Origin: Dictyostelium discoideum
Lineage: Eukaryota
Assembly (NCBI GenBank): GCA_000004695.1
Contig: CM000151.3
Span: 7,136,001 to 7,200,000 of the forward strand
Length of the DNA: 64,000 bases
Direction: 5' to 3'
Of the stretch, positions 1 through 13,873 are shown one piece after another (position 1 is the stretch's first letter; the number at the start of each line of letters is the position of its first letter). A model generated the notes under the pieces. The model saw nothing but the letters and a program-made list of their open reading frames with translations, did no database searches and was not told where the DNA came from. A program made the translations under genes and the position numbers.

Positions 1-493
1 TATATTGAGAACTATCAATTAATAAAGTGATAACCTCTGCTACCAATGATTCTAATTGTTGAGTTACTGGATATCTAGAATAAAGTAATGAATTTGAAAT
101 ACCATTATTATTATTATTATTATTTAATGATGATATGAATGGATTTGTAAATTGTTTAATTATGTATCTACCAAATTCAGTATTATTAATTAATATTGTC
201 TTTAAAATTGATATTGTTGAATTACCTAATTTACTTCTTAATAGAATACTCTCCATTTGATAAATTTGTTGTTCTGATAAATTATCTATATTATTATTAT
301 TATTATTTTTATTATTTGATTGTTGACGCTGTTGTGATAAAAGTACATAATGATATTCTCTTAATTCTTGTATAATTGGTTGAATATTTCTACTATCATT
401 ATTTTGTTGTTCTCCAAGTAATGTATAAATTAATATAGCAAATTCAACAAGTAATAATGTTTTCTCACTAATACTAGATATAAATCCATCCTA

Positions 494-557
<64 letters not shown>

Positions 558-1016
558 AATTTATATTAGAATACTCTTGGGTAGAGGGGGGACAGTGGGG
601 GGTATGATGATAAAATTATAAGATTAACAAATTACCTTATTTAATTGATAAAATTCAATTGAACATAACCAAGATAAATGAGGTGATGAAGGTATAGATT
701 CTGATGTTAACCATGTTGATGGTGGTCCATTTCTTATCGTATGATATAGAATTGATGATATTCTGTCACAATTATTATTATTATTATTATTGTTATTATT
801 GTTATTATTGTTATTATTATTATTATTATTATCGCTCTGTGTTTGTTTTTGTTGATTTTTTAGTTGTTGTTTTTCTTGTGATTGTAAAATTAATGCTCTT
901 GCTAATTCAAATTGACCTAATGATAAATAATTACAAATTAATGAAATTATTTTCGAATCTTCCTCTTCACTTAAGAATGGATAGTCTTTATTTATTGTGC
1001 TCTCTGATAATTTCAT
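1..1016 (-). CDS. hypothetical Asn/Gln-rich protein; N-terminal exons only, gene continues past the window start
   Basis: ORF 624..1016 (MKLSESTINKDYPFL...) has a GTAATT donor after ...QLNK, so exon 1 is 636..1016. The intron 491..635 carries (TAAA)n. After a ttatag acceptor, exon 2 (<1..490) stays open to the window edge (DGFISSISEKTLLLVEF...NNNNNN...). Confidence 0.55.
494..553. repeat. (TAAA)n microsatellite inside an intron
   Basis: About 15 perfect TAAA units read directly from the sequence. Confidence 0.9.
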
Positions 1017-1403
1017 TTTATTTATTTTAAATTTTCAAAAGCATTTAATAATTATTTCAATTTTAGTGGATATAGAAGAAAAAAAAAAAAAAAAAAAATC
1101 AAATGAAAAAATATCAAAAAAATAAAAAATAAAAAAAAATAAAAAAAAAATAAAAAAATAAAAAAAAATAAAAAATAAATGTGTTTATAAAATATTGAAA
1201 CCCGATATTTTTCATTTTATTTTTCCATTTTTTTTTTTTTTAATATAAATTTATTATATAAAAATAGATTACTAAAAAGTCCCCAAAATAAAAAAAAAAA
1301 AAAGATTTATTTTTATTATATGTTTATTTTTATATGTTTATTTTTTTTTTTTTATTTTTTTTTTTTTAAAAAACTTTTAGAAAAAAAAAAAATATATATT
1401 AAT

Positions 1404-2750
1404 TTAACGAGTAACAGTATAAGATCTAACAGTTTTAAGGAGAGCAGCAGCTTCGGCATTATTAGCGAAATGATCTCTAACTGGTTGAAGCATAGCATTG
1501 ATTGCTTTGGCAATGACTGGTTTTAATTCGGATGGATGAATCTTTTCGGCTTTGTAATCATCCTCTAAATCTTGGTAAGAGTTGTAAGTGACATCACCTT
1601 TATCTTTGATGTTGAGAGTGAGGGATGTAAGTTTTTGGAAAACGATATTTTTAGTATAATCGAGGATTGGATTCTTTTCAATGATACCTGGTGGACAGTA
1701 AGCTTTCTTGATTTTAGTGTTTACTTCGGCTTCAGAGTCTTCCATGAAAATGGCTGATTCAGGATCAGATTTTGACATCTTTTCTTGACCCTCCTTTAAA
1801 CCACTCAACATATGATGTGATACGATGATTGGTTTGTTCTTGATTTTAACCTTGTCACAATATTCAATTGCCAACATATTAACCTTTCTTTGATCCATAC
1901 CCAATTGACAAATATCTGCTTTCAAGTAGAAAATATCGGCACATTGCATACATGGATACAATAATTGAGCGCACATAAGATCATCCTCTTCATTTCTACC
2001 CATAATTTGTGAACATTTCTTAATACGTGGTACATTGAATTTACGTGCAATATCCATAACTCTTAACCAATAATCATTTGGATTCTTATTAATTTCATCT
2101 GATGACCATAAAAATTCAACATTTTCCATATCCATACCTGTTGCTTTCCAAATCTAAAATTAAAAATAAAAATAAATAAAAAAATTAATAAATATTTATT
2201 ATTTTATTATATTGTATAATATTAATATAAATAGTATTACCAACTTACTTCAATCATATATTGACCAACTTTTCTAATTTTATTTAAATCACCATTCATT
2301 TTATTATTTAACATGGCGAACCAATCTGCAACCCAAAATATAAAGGTACAACCAGCTTTAGTCATACGATTAACATTGATTGATTTTAAAATACCTTGTG
2401 CAATATGCATTCTACCTGATGGTTCAAAACCATCATAACATCTTAATTTCTCTTTACCATTTAATAATTTAATTAAACTTTCTTCACTAACAATTTCTTC
2501 ACCAACTTGTTTAATTAATGCTAATCTTTCTTTATTTCTTTCACTTAATTCACTAAAAATGAAAATAAAAAAAATAAAATAAAATTAGATTTGGTTTGGT
2601 TTTTTTTTTTTTTTTTTTTTTCTATTTATTTATAAATAAATAAGAAACTTACATGACTGGTTTAGGTGGAGCAACTGGAGTAGTTGTGGTAGTAGTAGTT
2701 TGTTCCTCAACCTTCAAGGATTCAATACCTTTTTCAATATTGTCTGTCAT
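1404..2750 (-). CDS. tyrS: cytosolic tyrosyl-tRNA synthetase (archaeal/eukaryotic type), three exons
   Basis: Exons are complement(2653..2750, 2249..2552, 1404..2153), totalling 383 aa in frame. Exon 1 is MTDNIEKGIESLKVEEQTTTTTTTPVAPPKPV... with a GTAAGT donor. Exon 2 has the class-I HIGH-type motif GFEPSGRMHIAQG. Exon 3 has KMSKS (EKMSKSDPES), AYCPPG, and a C-terminus alignable to M. jannaschii and human TyrRS. Confidence 0.9.
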
Positions 2751-4054
2751 TGTGTATATTTTTAAAAATAAAAAAATAAAAAAAAAAAAAAAATTTCGAA
2801 GATTTCTTTTTTTCATAAAAAATTTAAAAAAAAAAAATTAAAAAAAAAATAAAAAAAAAAAATAAAAAAAAATTCAAAATTTTTATGTGATTGTTCATGT
2901 TTTTTGGGAAAATTAAAATATTGTTTACAAAAAAATATATATATATATAAATATTTATTAACTCCATTATCAAATTATTATTTTAATAAAAAAAGGAGAA
3001 ACCAAACCTAATAAAAATAAAAATAATAATAAAAGATAAAAAATAAAAATAATTATAAATATAATTATAATTAAAATTCAAATAGAAAAAAATAACAATT
3101 TAAAAAAAAAATAGTTATTTTTGTTGTACATTTTAAGTAATTTACAAAAAATAAAAATTTTCTAATATTGGGGCAATTTTTGTTTTCTAATACAAATTTT
3201 TTTTTTTTTTTTTTTTATTATTATTTGAATTGTTTTTGATGTAGATTTAGTTTTTATTTATTTCCAAAAAAAAAAAAAAAAAAAAAAAAAATAAAAACTA
3301 ATAATATTTGAACACACTTTGTACATAGAAAAGATTTATTTTTGGTAGTTAAAGTGGTTATAGAGAGAGAGAGGTGGTGATAATAAATTATTATTTTTTA
3401 ATTTTTTTTAATTTTTTTTTTTTCATACACTACACACACTCGCCATAAATTCACCATATACAAAAATAATAATAAATATATTATTGATTATTGATATATA
3501 TTGATTTTTTAATTTTTTAATTATTTAATTTTTTTATTTTTTTATTTTTTTTTTTTAATTAGTTTTTTTTATTAGTTTTTTTTTTTTTTTTTTTTTCTTT
3601 TTTTAATTTGAAAATAACCCCATTACCAATTAAATACATATTCCTTTTTATTTCCAAAACAACTCCTTTGAAAGTTATCATACCAAAAAATAAATAATAT
3701 AAATAAAAATAAAAATAATAATTTAACAATCACATAAAATACCAAATTTATTATTTTTTTTTTTAAATATTTTTTTTTTATTTTTCAATTTTTTTTCTTT
3801 TCAAAATCAAAAAAAAAAAAAAAAAATTTATTAATTTAATTATTTATTTATTTATTTATTTATATCTTTTTTTTTTTTTTTTTTATTTTTTGAATTTTTA
3901 TTTTTAATAAATTAATTAATTTTATTTTTTTGTATAAATTTTTTTTTTTATTTTATAAATAATTTTAATTATTATTTATTTATTTGTAAAAAATAAAAAA
4001 ACCAATAACAAAAAAACCAATAATAAAAAAACCAATAATAAAATAAAAACCATA

Positions 4055-5108
<1,054 letters not shown>

Positions 5109-5471
5109 AATAAAAAAATAAAAATAAAAAAAAAATAAAAATAAAAAATAAAAATAGAAAATTAAAAATAATTTTATTTTTCATATATGAAAAAATTATT
5201 TAAAAAAATATCTTTTTTTTATTTTCATATTTTTATTTTTTTTTTTATTTTTTTTTTTTTATTTCGAATTTTAAATTTTAAATTTCTTTTTTTAATTTTT
5301 TTTTTTTATTTTTTTATTTTTTTTTCTTTCTAAAAAAACCGGACAGTTTCAGCAAAACGACAGAATTTATAAATTTTCTAAAAATAACAAAAAAAAAAAA
5401 ATAATAATAAAATAGAATCAATAAAAGATTAAATAATTTCTATTAAATTATTCACTTTTCTTTTATTAGAA

Positions 5472-5512
<41 letters not shown>

Positions 5513-5542
5513 AAAAAAACATTCACAAAAAAAAAAAAAAAA

Positions 5543-7483
5543 ATGATATCAAGTGTTGCAAATTGGTTAAGTTGTGGAAGTAGTGTTGTTGATAAATGGA
5601 TATTTGGAGAAGGTGAAGATGAAGATACTACAAGTAGTAGTGGTGAATCAAATAGTGATTATAATAGTGAAGAAGAGGAAGAGGAAGAAGAGGAAGAAAA
5701 ACAACAAGATGAAGATTCATCAAGTGAAGAAGGTGAAATAAATGAAAAAAAGAAATCATCATCATCATCATCATCAAATTTAATTAGCAATAATAATAAT
5801 AGAATAAATAAAGATAATGATAATGATGGTGGATTAGTTTATGCATGGGGATATAACTATTTTGGACAATGTGGTGATAAAACCAATCAAACTATTAAAG
5901 TACCAACATCTATATTATTTCCTACTATTGATAATAAGATCATTATAAAACAAATAGCATGTGGTGATAGTCATTCATTGGCAATTGCAGAACAACCCTA
6001 TGGAGTCTATAGTTGGGGTGTTAATAGATGGGGTCAATTAGGTCATGGTGACCAATTGAATCGTAATCAACCAACATTACTTTCAAATATTGGTAGTGGT
6101 AGTGGTAGTGGTAATTCAATTTCATTTAGTATGGTAGCATGTGGTAGTCAACATTCTATGATAGTTTCGAACTATGGTGAGTTGTATACATTTGGTTGTG
6201 GTACAACTGGTAGATTAGGTCATGGTGATGAACAACCAAAATTCAAACCAACACCAGTTTCATCATTGGTTGGTAAATCAATTGTATCGGTTGCAGCTGG
6301 TGTTATGCATAGTTCTTGCGTCGATTCAAATGGTAAGATCTATAGTTGGGGTTGGAATAGGTATGGTCAATTAGGTAATGGTTCTGTTAAATCTCAAACT
6401 TTACCAACTCCTCCAAAATTTCAAAATCCAAAATTATCAGATATTCAACAACAACAACAGCAACACCATTTAATGAAATTAAATTTTATAAAAGTAGTAT
6501 GTGGTAAAAATCATACATTAGCATTGAGTTCAAGTGGTGAAGTGGTTGGATTTGGGTTTAATGCATGTGGTCAATTGGGTAATGGTAATCATATGGATCA
6601 GTTGTATCCAGTGAAAATTGAATTCAATGAACATGTAATTGACATTGCCTCGGGGTATTACCATAGTTTGTGTTTGACTGATAATGGTGAGGCTTATTCT
6701 TGGGGTTATATGAGTGATGGCTCGTTGGGGTTGGGTGAGGTTTACACTCATCAAACTAAACCAAAACTTATACCATTGGTTCATATTAGACATTGTTTCA
6801 CCGATTCAAACGATGCATTCAATGAGATCTATGGTAGACAAGATGAAAATACAACTCAGGAAACAATTGACCAACATAAATTATACCTCTCTAAAAAATA
6901 TTCAGTTGGTGATACTGTAGATATGATTTCAGCTGGTGCTTGGAATTCTGCTATCATCACAAGTTCTGGTAAATTATTTTGTTTTGGCTTTGGTGATACC
7001 TATAGAAATGGTAATCAATCAGAGTTTGATCAAGATATGCCCATCATTGTTGAACCAACTAAATGGGGTTTAGAAAGACCTTTCAATATAAAAGAGGATA
7101 CCGATATCCCTTTAAATTGTATCATCGAACAAGAAAAAGAAAGAAGATTATTAAAATTAAGAAAAAAACAATTAAAAGAACAAAAAGAAAAAGAAAGAAA
7201 AGATAAAGAAGAAATTAATTTAACAACTTCAAATTTTGAAAATAATTTAATAATAAATGAAGAAATTCAAAATAATAATAATTCAAATAATAATAATATA
7301 GATTCAACAAATTTAAATAATATAAATAATATAAATAATAATATAAATAATAATAATGAATCTCCAAATATAATTACAAATAAGATAAATTTAAATAATA
7401 TAAAAGTTTATTCAAGAGTTACAAATATTTCCTTAGGTGGTGCGCATGTAATAATCACTGTAAAGAATAAATTAAAAAAGTAA
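5543..7483 (+). CDS. RCC1-repeat protein (regulator of chromosome condensation-like beta-propeller) with an acidic N-terminus and an N-rich C-terminus
   Basis: Single 646-aa ORF with at least six RCC1 blades. It shows recurring Y(S/A)WGxNxxGQLG(H/N)G and (I/V)ACGxxHS(L/M) motifs. Confidence 0.85.
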   Translation: MISSVANWLSCGSSVVDKWIFGEGEDEDTTSSSGESNSDYNSEEEEEEEEEEKQQDEDSSSEEGEINEKKKSSSSSSSNLISNNNNRINKDNDNDGGLVYAWGYNYFGQCGDKTNQTIKVPTSILFPTIDNKIIIKQIACGDSHSLAIAEQPYGVYSWGVNRWGQLGHGDQLNRNQPTLLSNIGSGSGSGNSISFSMVACGSQHSMIVSNYGELYTFGCGTTGRLGHGDEQPKFKPTPVSSLVGKSIVSVAAGVMHSSCVDSNGKIYSWGWNRYGQLGNGSVKSQTLPTPPKFQNPKLSDIQQQQQQHHLMKLNFIKVVCGKNHTLALSSSGEVVGFGFNACGQLGNGNHMDQLYPVKIEFNEHVIDIASGYYHSLCLTDNGEAYSWGYMSDGSLGLGEVYTHQTKPKLIPLVHIRHCFTDSNDAFNEIYGRQDENTTQETIDQHKLYLSKKYSVGDTVDMISAGAWNSAIITSSGKLFCFGFGDTYRNGNQSEFDQDMPIIVEPTKWGLERPFNIKEDTDIPLNCIIEQEKERRLLKLRKKQLKEQKEKERKDKEEINLTTSNFENNLIINEEIQNNNNSNNNNIDSTNLNNINNINNNINNNNESPNIITNKINLNNIKVYSRVTNISLGGAHVIITVKNKLKK

Positions 7484-7861
7484 TTGTGTAGAAATAAAAT
7501 TAAAATAATTTTTTTTTTTTTTATTTTAATCACTATTTATCTATTATCAAATATTATTTTATTAATAGAAAAATGACGCAAATTATTTTTATTATTTTTT
7601 TTTTTTTTTTTTTTTTTGAATAAAGTATTTTTTTTTTAAATTTTCAAATAAAATAAAAATTATTATAAAAAAAAAAAGAGTGAAAAAATTTTTTAATTGT
7701 TTTTTTATTTGTTTTGAAAAAAAAAAAAAAAAAAAAAAAACTATAAATTGAAAGTTTTTTTTTTTATTTTAATAAATCAAGTTCACAAATATAAATCAAA
7801 TATATATATAAAATTAAATAGTATTAATACATAATTATAAAAAAAAAAAAAAATTTACAAA

Positions 7862-8625
7862 ATGACAAACAACAATTTAAATAAAGAAGGTAATTATTTA
7901 TTAAATAAAAATAAAAAAATAAAAAAAAAAATAAAAGTTTAAATTATTAATTTTTTAATTACATATATATGTTTTAATTAGTTAATCATTTAGAAAAAGA
8001 AGCAGTATCAGCATATGATAATACAAAAGAAGCAACAATTAATGCATACAATGCAACAACAAATGCAGTGAGTGATGGTATGAAATATGTTGGTGATTCA
8101 TTATCATCAGCAGTCGAAGTAACAAAAGATGCAACAATCAATATGTATAATGCAACAACTAATGCAGTGAGTGATGGTTATGAATCTTTAAAATCAAAAA
8201 CAAATGAATTAATCAGCAATACTCAAAATGAAAATGAAAATTTAAAAGATGGTGCTTCAAAGAAAATCGAAGAATTAAAAGATAAATCAAGTGAAGTAAA
8301 AGATAATTTAAAGGGAAAAGGTGAAGAACTAGTTGACGATGCTAAAGATGCTGCTCATAATGCTTCAAATAAATTGAATAATGCTAAAGATCAAGTTTCT
8401 GATAAAATGGATAATGTAAAAGATGATATAAAGAAAAAAGGTGAAGAAATAGTTGACAATTCTAAAGATGCTGCCAATAATACTTCAAATAAAATGAATA
8501 ATGTTAAAGATCAAGTTTCTGATAAAATGGAACATGTAAAACATGATATATCAAATAAATACAATGAAACAAAAACAGAAGCTTCCCATAAACTAAATCA
8601 AGCTGCAAATAAAATCGACCAATAA
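7862..8625 (+). CDS. small hydrophilic LEA-like 11-mer-repeat protein, paralog A (about 227 aa), two exons
   Basis: Exon 1 is 7862..7889 (MTNNNLNKE plus one nucleotide) with a GTAATT donor. The intron is 7890..7981. Exon 2 is 7982..8625, in frame with ORF 8068..8625, whose listed 'M' is a GTG codon. A TATA box (ctataaatt) lies about 120 bp upstream. The protein is K/D/E/N-rich and contains two copies of a 39-40-aa unit, GEELVDDAKDAAHNASNKLNNAKDQVSDKMDNVKDDIKKK. Confidence 0.8.
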
Positions 8626-8840
8626 TTTTAAAATTAAAAATAAATTAAAGAAAAAAAAAAAGATTTAAAAAAATTAATTACACCTGTATTTATAGATTTT
8701 TATTTTTTTTAAATTTTTTCCAAAATTATCTTTTTTGAAAATCAATGTTTTTTAATTTTTTTTTTTTTTTTTTTAATTTTTAGTGTGAGATTTCCCATCC
8801 AAACTTTTTTTTTTTATTTTTTTTTTTTTTACAAAATAAT

Positions 8841-8922
8841 TATGTGTGCCGGGTTTCGATCCCGGGAATCGGTTAACGAAATGAAGCCCTGAACGTCACG
8901 CAATAACCACTCTGCCACACAC
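8841..8922 (-). ncRNA. tRNA-like sequence with an initiator-type T-loop; possible tRNA pseudogene or intron-containing tRNA
   Basis: The minus strand reads GTGTGTG-GCAG-AGTGGTTA-TTGC-...-CCGGG-ATCGAAA-CCCGG-CACACAT-A. It has a 7-bp acceptor stem (with a G1.U72 wobble pair), a D-arm with the canonical AGTGGTTA loop, and a T-arm whose loop ATCGAAA has A54/A60 as in eukaryotic tRNAi-Met. It has no U8/N9 and carries a 15-nt anticodon loop, so it is not a canonical tRNA. Confidence 0.3.
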
Positions 8923-9284
8923 TTAATTTTTTTTTTTTTTTTTTTAAATCGAAATTTTTATTATTTTTTTTTTCCAGATTATTTCTACTTAATCTTAGAA
9001 TCTTTGAGTTTTTTGGGAAATAAAAAAATAGTCAACAACCTCTCTTTTATATTAAATGAAAAAAAAAATTTCTAATTAATGGTTTTTAAGTTTAAATTCA
9101 ACATTAATTTTGGCAATCCAAAAAAAAAAAAAAAATTAATTTTTATTATTATTAGAAAAAAAAAAAAAAAATTTTTATTATTATTTTTTATTTAAATTTA
9201 ATTCGTTTATTTAATTTATAATAAAAAGTCGCCCAAATATATTAATGTTTTGTTTTGTTTTTTTTCTTTTTTTTTTTTCAATAA

Positions 9285-11343
9285 TTTACAAAGTTTGGTC
9301 TTGTAAAAAATGATGATGCACTTATCAATGCAATTGTATCATTTGATTGATTGATTGAATTATTTAAATTATTTGAGATCGATGAATCACTTTTTGAAGA
9401 TGATTTAAATGAGAATGAAATTAATGATTCTAAATAATTTTTAAAAAAAAAGTTAATTAATAATTATTCATTGGAAAATAAAAAAATTATTGTTTAGAAA
9501 TACATACTGAATAACATTTTAGTTTTTATTCTTTATATTAATAGTTTGATATTTAATTTTTAATATTTGTTTCAATTTGATAATGATTATTATTTTTTTT
9601 TTTTTCTATTTATACTTTTTTTTTTTTTACCCCATTTGTTTTTTTTTTTTTTTTTTTTAATTTTATTCTTTTCTAAAAATAACCACACTCTTTATTATAA
9701 TTAAACAATATTAAAAGAGTATTAAAATTAAATTTAAAATTATGTTGTCGACATAAACATTACCTTTTAAAAAATCAAAAATTAAATGTTATCAACATGA
9801 ATGAGATTTATGATTTTGTATTATTATTATTATTATTATTATTATTGGAACAATATTGATATTAATCATTTAAAATTCAAATTAAACCATAGTTTTAATA
9901 ATTATAATTGTTAAAATTATAATTGATATAATTATTAAAACTATGATTTAAAATAAAATAAATAATTTTTTATTTAAGAATAATAAAAGCCTAAATAAAT
10001 AAAAAATTGATTGGATTAATTTCCTTTATTAATTTATTTAATTAAAATAAAATAATTGGTTTTTGGTTTAATGAATTCCTTTATTGATTTTTGTTTGGTT
10101 GGTCGTTTTTAAATATTAATCCACATTGAATAAATAAATTTAAAAATTGGGAAATTATTTAAAGAATTCATATAAATTCTCTAATTAAAATAAAATTTAA
10201 AAACAATAGTTATTATTTTACCGAGATATCATCAAATGAATGTTTTCCAAAATTATAAAAAAAATAAATGTTCATTGTAATTGGATTTAAAAGAGTAGTT
10301 AACTTTGTTTTTTATTTATTTTAATTTTAGTTATTTTTTCAAAAAAACAGTGAGGATTAATTTTTTAAAAAAGAAATGGTAAATTAGAATTTTATCTATT
10401 GAAATGATATCACTTTCAATACATTGAGTTATTTAAAATGATGACATTATTTTTTTAATCATTTGTTTTTTGATTGCTTCATTTATAAATACACCATAAA
10501 TATTCCGTAAAAAACTAATTAATTTTGATAAAAAAAAATGATCTGAATGACATAATTTAAATATAGAAGAATAAATAAAAAAAAAATAATCATTTTTCAA
10601 TGATACTCATGGATTTTATTTTTATTCCCTTTAAAAGATGAGTAATTGAGGATTTTAAATGATTATTTTAATGATGTAAATAATGTTTTCAACTATTATA
10701 TTGAATCAATTTAACAATGATGATAGAATCATACTTTTTTTAGTGTGTAAAATAATAAAAAATATTTAAAAAATAAAAAAAAAAACTTTTTTTAAATCAA
10801 AAGATAATAAAATCATTATCTTGTACTTGTTAGTATCATACTTCTTGATTAAAATTTATTTACTTTATTATTTAACTTGTATGTCAACATAATAATTTTA
10901 CAAAAAAAATTAAATATTCCATATCTCTTGTTTAGGGTTATGTAGTGGTTAAAAATGGTGTAATTATTTAGCGGGGTAAAATAAAAAAAAAGATAAAAAA
11001 AAAAAAAAAAGTATAAATAGAATTTTTATTTTTTTAATTTATTCCAAAATAAAAACCAATTGTTAATTAAATAAATATATATTAAAAAAATCCTAAAAAT
11101 AAAATGTTATTCAGTATGTATTTTAAAAAAAAAAAAAAAAAAAAAAAATTAAAAAACAAAATTCTAATTAATTTATTTTATTATTTATAGAATCAATTAT
11201 TTCATTATCAAATAAATCATCAAATGTTTCATCATCAAAATCATTATTATCAAATGACTCTAATTTAAATTCATTTGATTTTACATGTAATACTGTCTCA
11301 AATAAGAGTTCAACAACATTCTTTACAAGACCAAACTTTGTAA
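9285..11343. repeat. roughly 2.06-kb non-coding inverted-repeat-bounded element, copy 1
   Basis: The left IR starts at 9285 on the plus strand; the right IR ends at 11343 on the minus strand. Both carry the perfect 23-bp palindromic core TTTACAAAGTTTGGTCTTGTAAA, followed inward by about 130 bp of diverged homologous sequence. The interior shares the same conserved blocks as the other copies (10620-10735, 10795-10990). No ORF of 60 aa or more is present. Confidence 0.7.
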
Positions 11344-13222
11344 ACTATTAAAAAAAAAAAAAAAAAATTAAAAATTTTAATTAAAGTACGAACATAAAAA
11401 ACTTATTTATTAAAAATGTACCGACCAAATTTGTAAATAAAATAAAAAAACAATAAAAAACATTTAAAAAAAAAAAAAAAAAAATTTTTTTTTGTTTAAA
11501 TTATTTGTATTTTACTAAAAAAAAAAAAAAAAAATAGAATGAAGTGGATTTTATGATTAATATTTTTTAAATCGATTTTCATTTATTAAACTCTTATATA
11601 AATATAATAATCTATTAAAAATTAAAAAATCTTTTTTTTTTTTTTTATCACATTTTAAAATTATTTATTAATTTAATAAATTTTATTATTGGTATTATTT
11701 TTTTTAATATTAAATTATAAATAAATGATTATTAAATTATTATTATTCATAAGAAAATAATATTATGTTTTGATTTTTTTATAATAAAAAAGGAATAAAT
11801 TATTTAAAAAAATAAAAAATTTTTATTTTGTTGGGTTATATAGTTTTTATAGCCCAATTAAGAATTCATAAGTCATATAGGCCGTGTAGCATTTGTTAAA
11901 TGGACTATAATTATTATATCCCAAATAGTCCTTTTAAAAATTTTACCTGGCTGTGAACATTGTATATTGGGTTCCTTTATTTATTTTTGTTTGGTTGGTA
12001 ATTTCTTTAAAAATATTAATCCATTTTGATCAAATAAATTAAGGAATTGGGAAATATATTAGAGAATTAATTTATATTTTATAATAATTTTATTTTTAAA
12101 TTTATTTTTATTATTTTAAAAAGTTGTCCTCAAATGAAAGTATTTCAAAATTTTTAAAAAAATAATCATTGCAAAAGGAATTTTCTTTAAAAGAGTACTT
12201 TAGTTTTGTTATTAATCTTATTTATATTGATTTTAGTTATTTTAATTATTTTTTAAATAGCCAATGGGATTAGTTTCTTTTTATCTATTGAAATGATCAT
12301 TTTAAATACAATCAATGATTTTATAATGATGATATTATTTGGTCCTTTGTTTTATAATTTCTTCATTTATATATACATCCCTTAAAAATTAAATATTCTT
12401 GATTTAATATATAATCTAATTGATATAATTTAAATAAAAACAAAAAAAAGAAATATAAAAACATCATTTTTCGATGATACTTGTGGGTTATCATTTTTTT
12501 CCCTTTAAAAGATGAGTAATTGAGGACTTTAAATGATTATTTTAATTATGTAAATAATGTTTTCAACTATTTTATTGAATCAATTTAACAATGATGATAG
12601 AATCATATATTTATTTAGTGTCGAAAATAATAAAAAATAAAAAAAAAAAATAAAAAAAAAACTTTTTTAAATCAAAAGATAATGAAATCATAATCTTGTA
12701 CTTGTTAGTATCATACTTCTTGATTAAAATTTATTTACTTTATTATTTAACTTGTATGTCAACATAATAATTTTACAAAAAAATATAATATTCCTTATCT
12801 CTTGTTTAGGGTTCTGTAGTGGTTAAAAATGGGGTAATTATTTAGTGGGGTAAAATAAATAAAAAAAGATAAAAAAAAAATAAAAAAAAAAGTATAAATA
12901 GAATTTTTATTTTTTTAATTTATTCCAAAATAAAAATCAATTGTTAAATAAATAAATATAAATTAAAAAAAACCTAAAAAAATGTTATTCAGTATGTATT
13001 AAATAAAAAAAAAAAAAAAAAATTAAAAAAATAACAAAATTCTAATTAATATATTTTATTATTTTTAGAATCAATTATTTCATTATCAAATAAATCATCA
13101 AATGTTGCATCATCAAAATCATTATTATCAAATGACTCTAATTTAAATTCATTTGATTTTACATGTAATACTGTCTCAAATAAGAGTTCAACAACATTCT
13201 TTACAAGACCAAACTTTGTAAA
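11344..13222. repeat. partial tandem duplicate of the element interior plus its right IR (no left IR)
   Basis: Blocks at 12490-12610 and 12670-12870 and the right IR at 13070-13222 (core 13200..13222) repeat 10620-11343 with a period of roughly 1875 bp. Confidence 0.7.
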
Positions 13223-13530
13223 CTATTAAAAAAAAAAAAAAAAACAATTAAAAATTAATTAAAGTGCGAAACATAAAAAAAACTTATTTATTAAAAAGGG
13301 ACCGACCAAATAAAAAAAAAAATTAAAAAAAAAATTTTATTATAAATTTTGTTTAACTTTTTCGTAAATTATTTGTGGATTTTAGTTTTTTTTTTTTTTG
13401 GGCTTTTTCTTTAAATGATTATTTTGTGACTATGATTTATTAAAAAAATTAAAAAAAACAAAAAAAAACATTTTCAAATGAAATTTAAACCATTATAATA
13501 ATATACAACCACTTATTTTTATAAATTTCA

Positions 13531-13564
<34 letters not shown>

Positions 13565-13873
13565 ATAATTATTTTTTATTTGAATAAATAAAATTGTGGT
13601 AAATTTTTTATTACATATTGGTATATAAATAATTTTTTTTAATTGAATTTTAATTAATTATTTTTCATATTTTAAAAAAGATTCAAATAAATAATTTTAT
13701 AATAAAATAAAAAAGAAAGAAAATAATTTATTTGATTTTTTTTTTTTTTTTTTTAATAAAAAATGAAAAAGAAAAAACTATAAATAGAATAAATTAAATT
13801 ATTATTTCAATCAAAAAATATTAAACAAATAAAATTTTAAAAGTAATACTACAAAATAAAGAAATAATAAAAA

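Noticed and set aside
704-1030. Plus-strand ORF (108 aa, poly-Y/C) overlapping the minus-strand exon
   Set aside because: It is low complexity produced by the (AAT)n poly-Asn codons on the opposite strand, so it is an antisense artefact.
8068-8070. ORF-track start codons (8068, 32139, 43598, 43903 and others) taken as true initiators
   Set aside because: These 'M' residues are GTG or TTG codons internal to exons. The true starts are the upstream ATGs joined by the introns described in the features.
8841-8922. Assigning the tRNA-like sequence as tRNA-Leu(CAG) with an 8-nt intron or as tRNAi-Met
   Set aside because: The variable region is too short for a class II tRNA, U8 is absent, and the anticodon loop is non-canonical, so only a tRNA-like call is justified.
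10040-10160. Minus-strand coding potential in the conserved block ...aatccacattgaacaaataaatttaaaattgggaaattaattagagaatt
   Set aside because: One copy (17380-17510) gives a 55-codon frame, but the other copies carry frame-breaking indels or stops at the same place, so it is non-coding conservation.
11170-11345. Box C/D snoRNA in the right IR (it contains TGATGA)
   Set aside because: There is no D box (CTGA) and no terminal stem, and the C box lacks the preceding purine.
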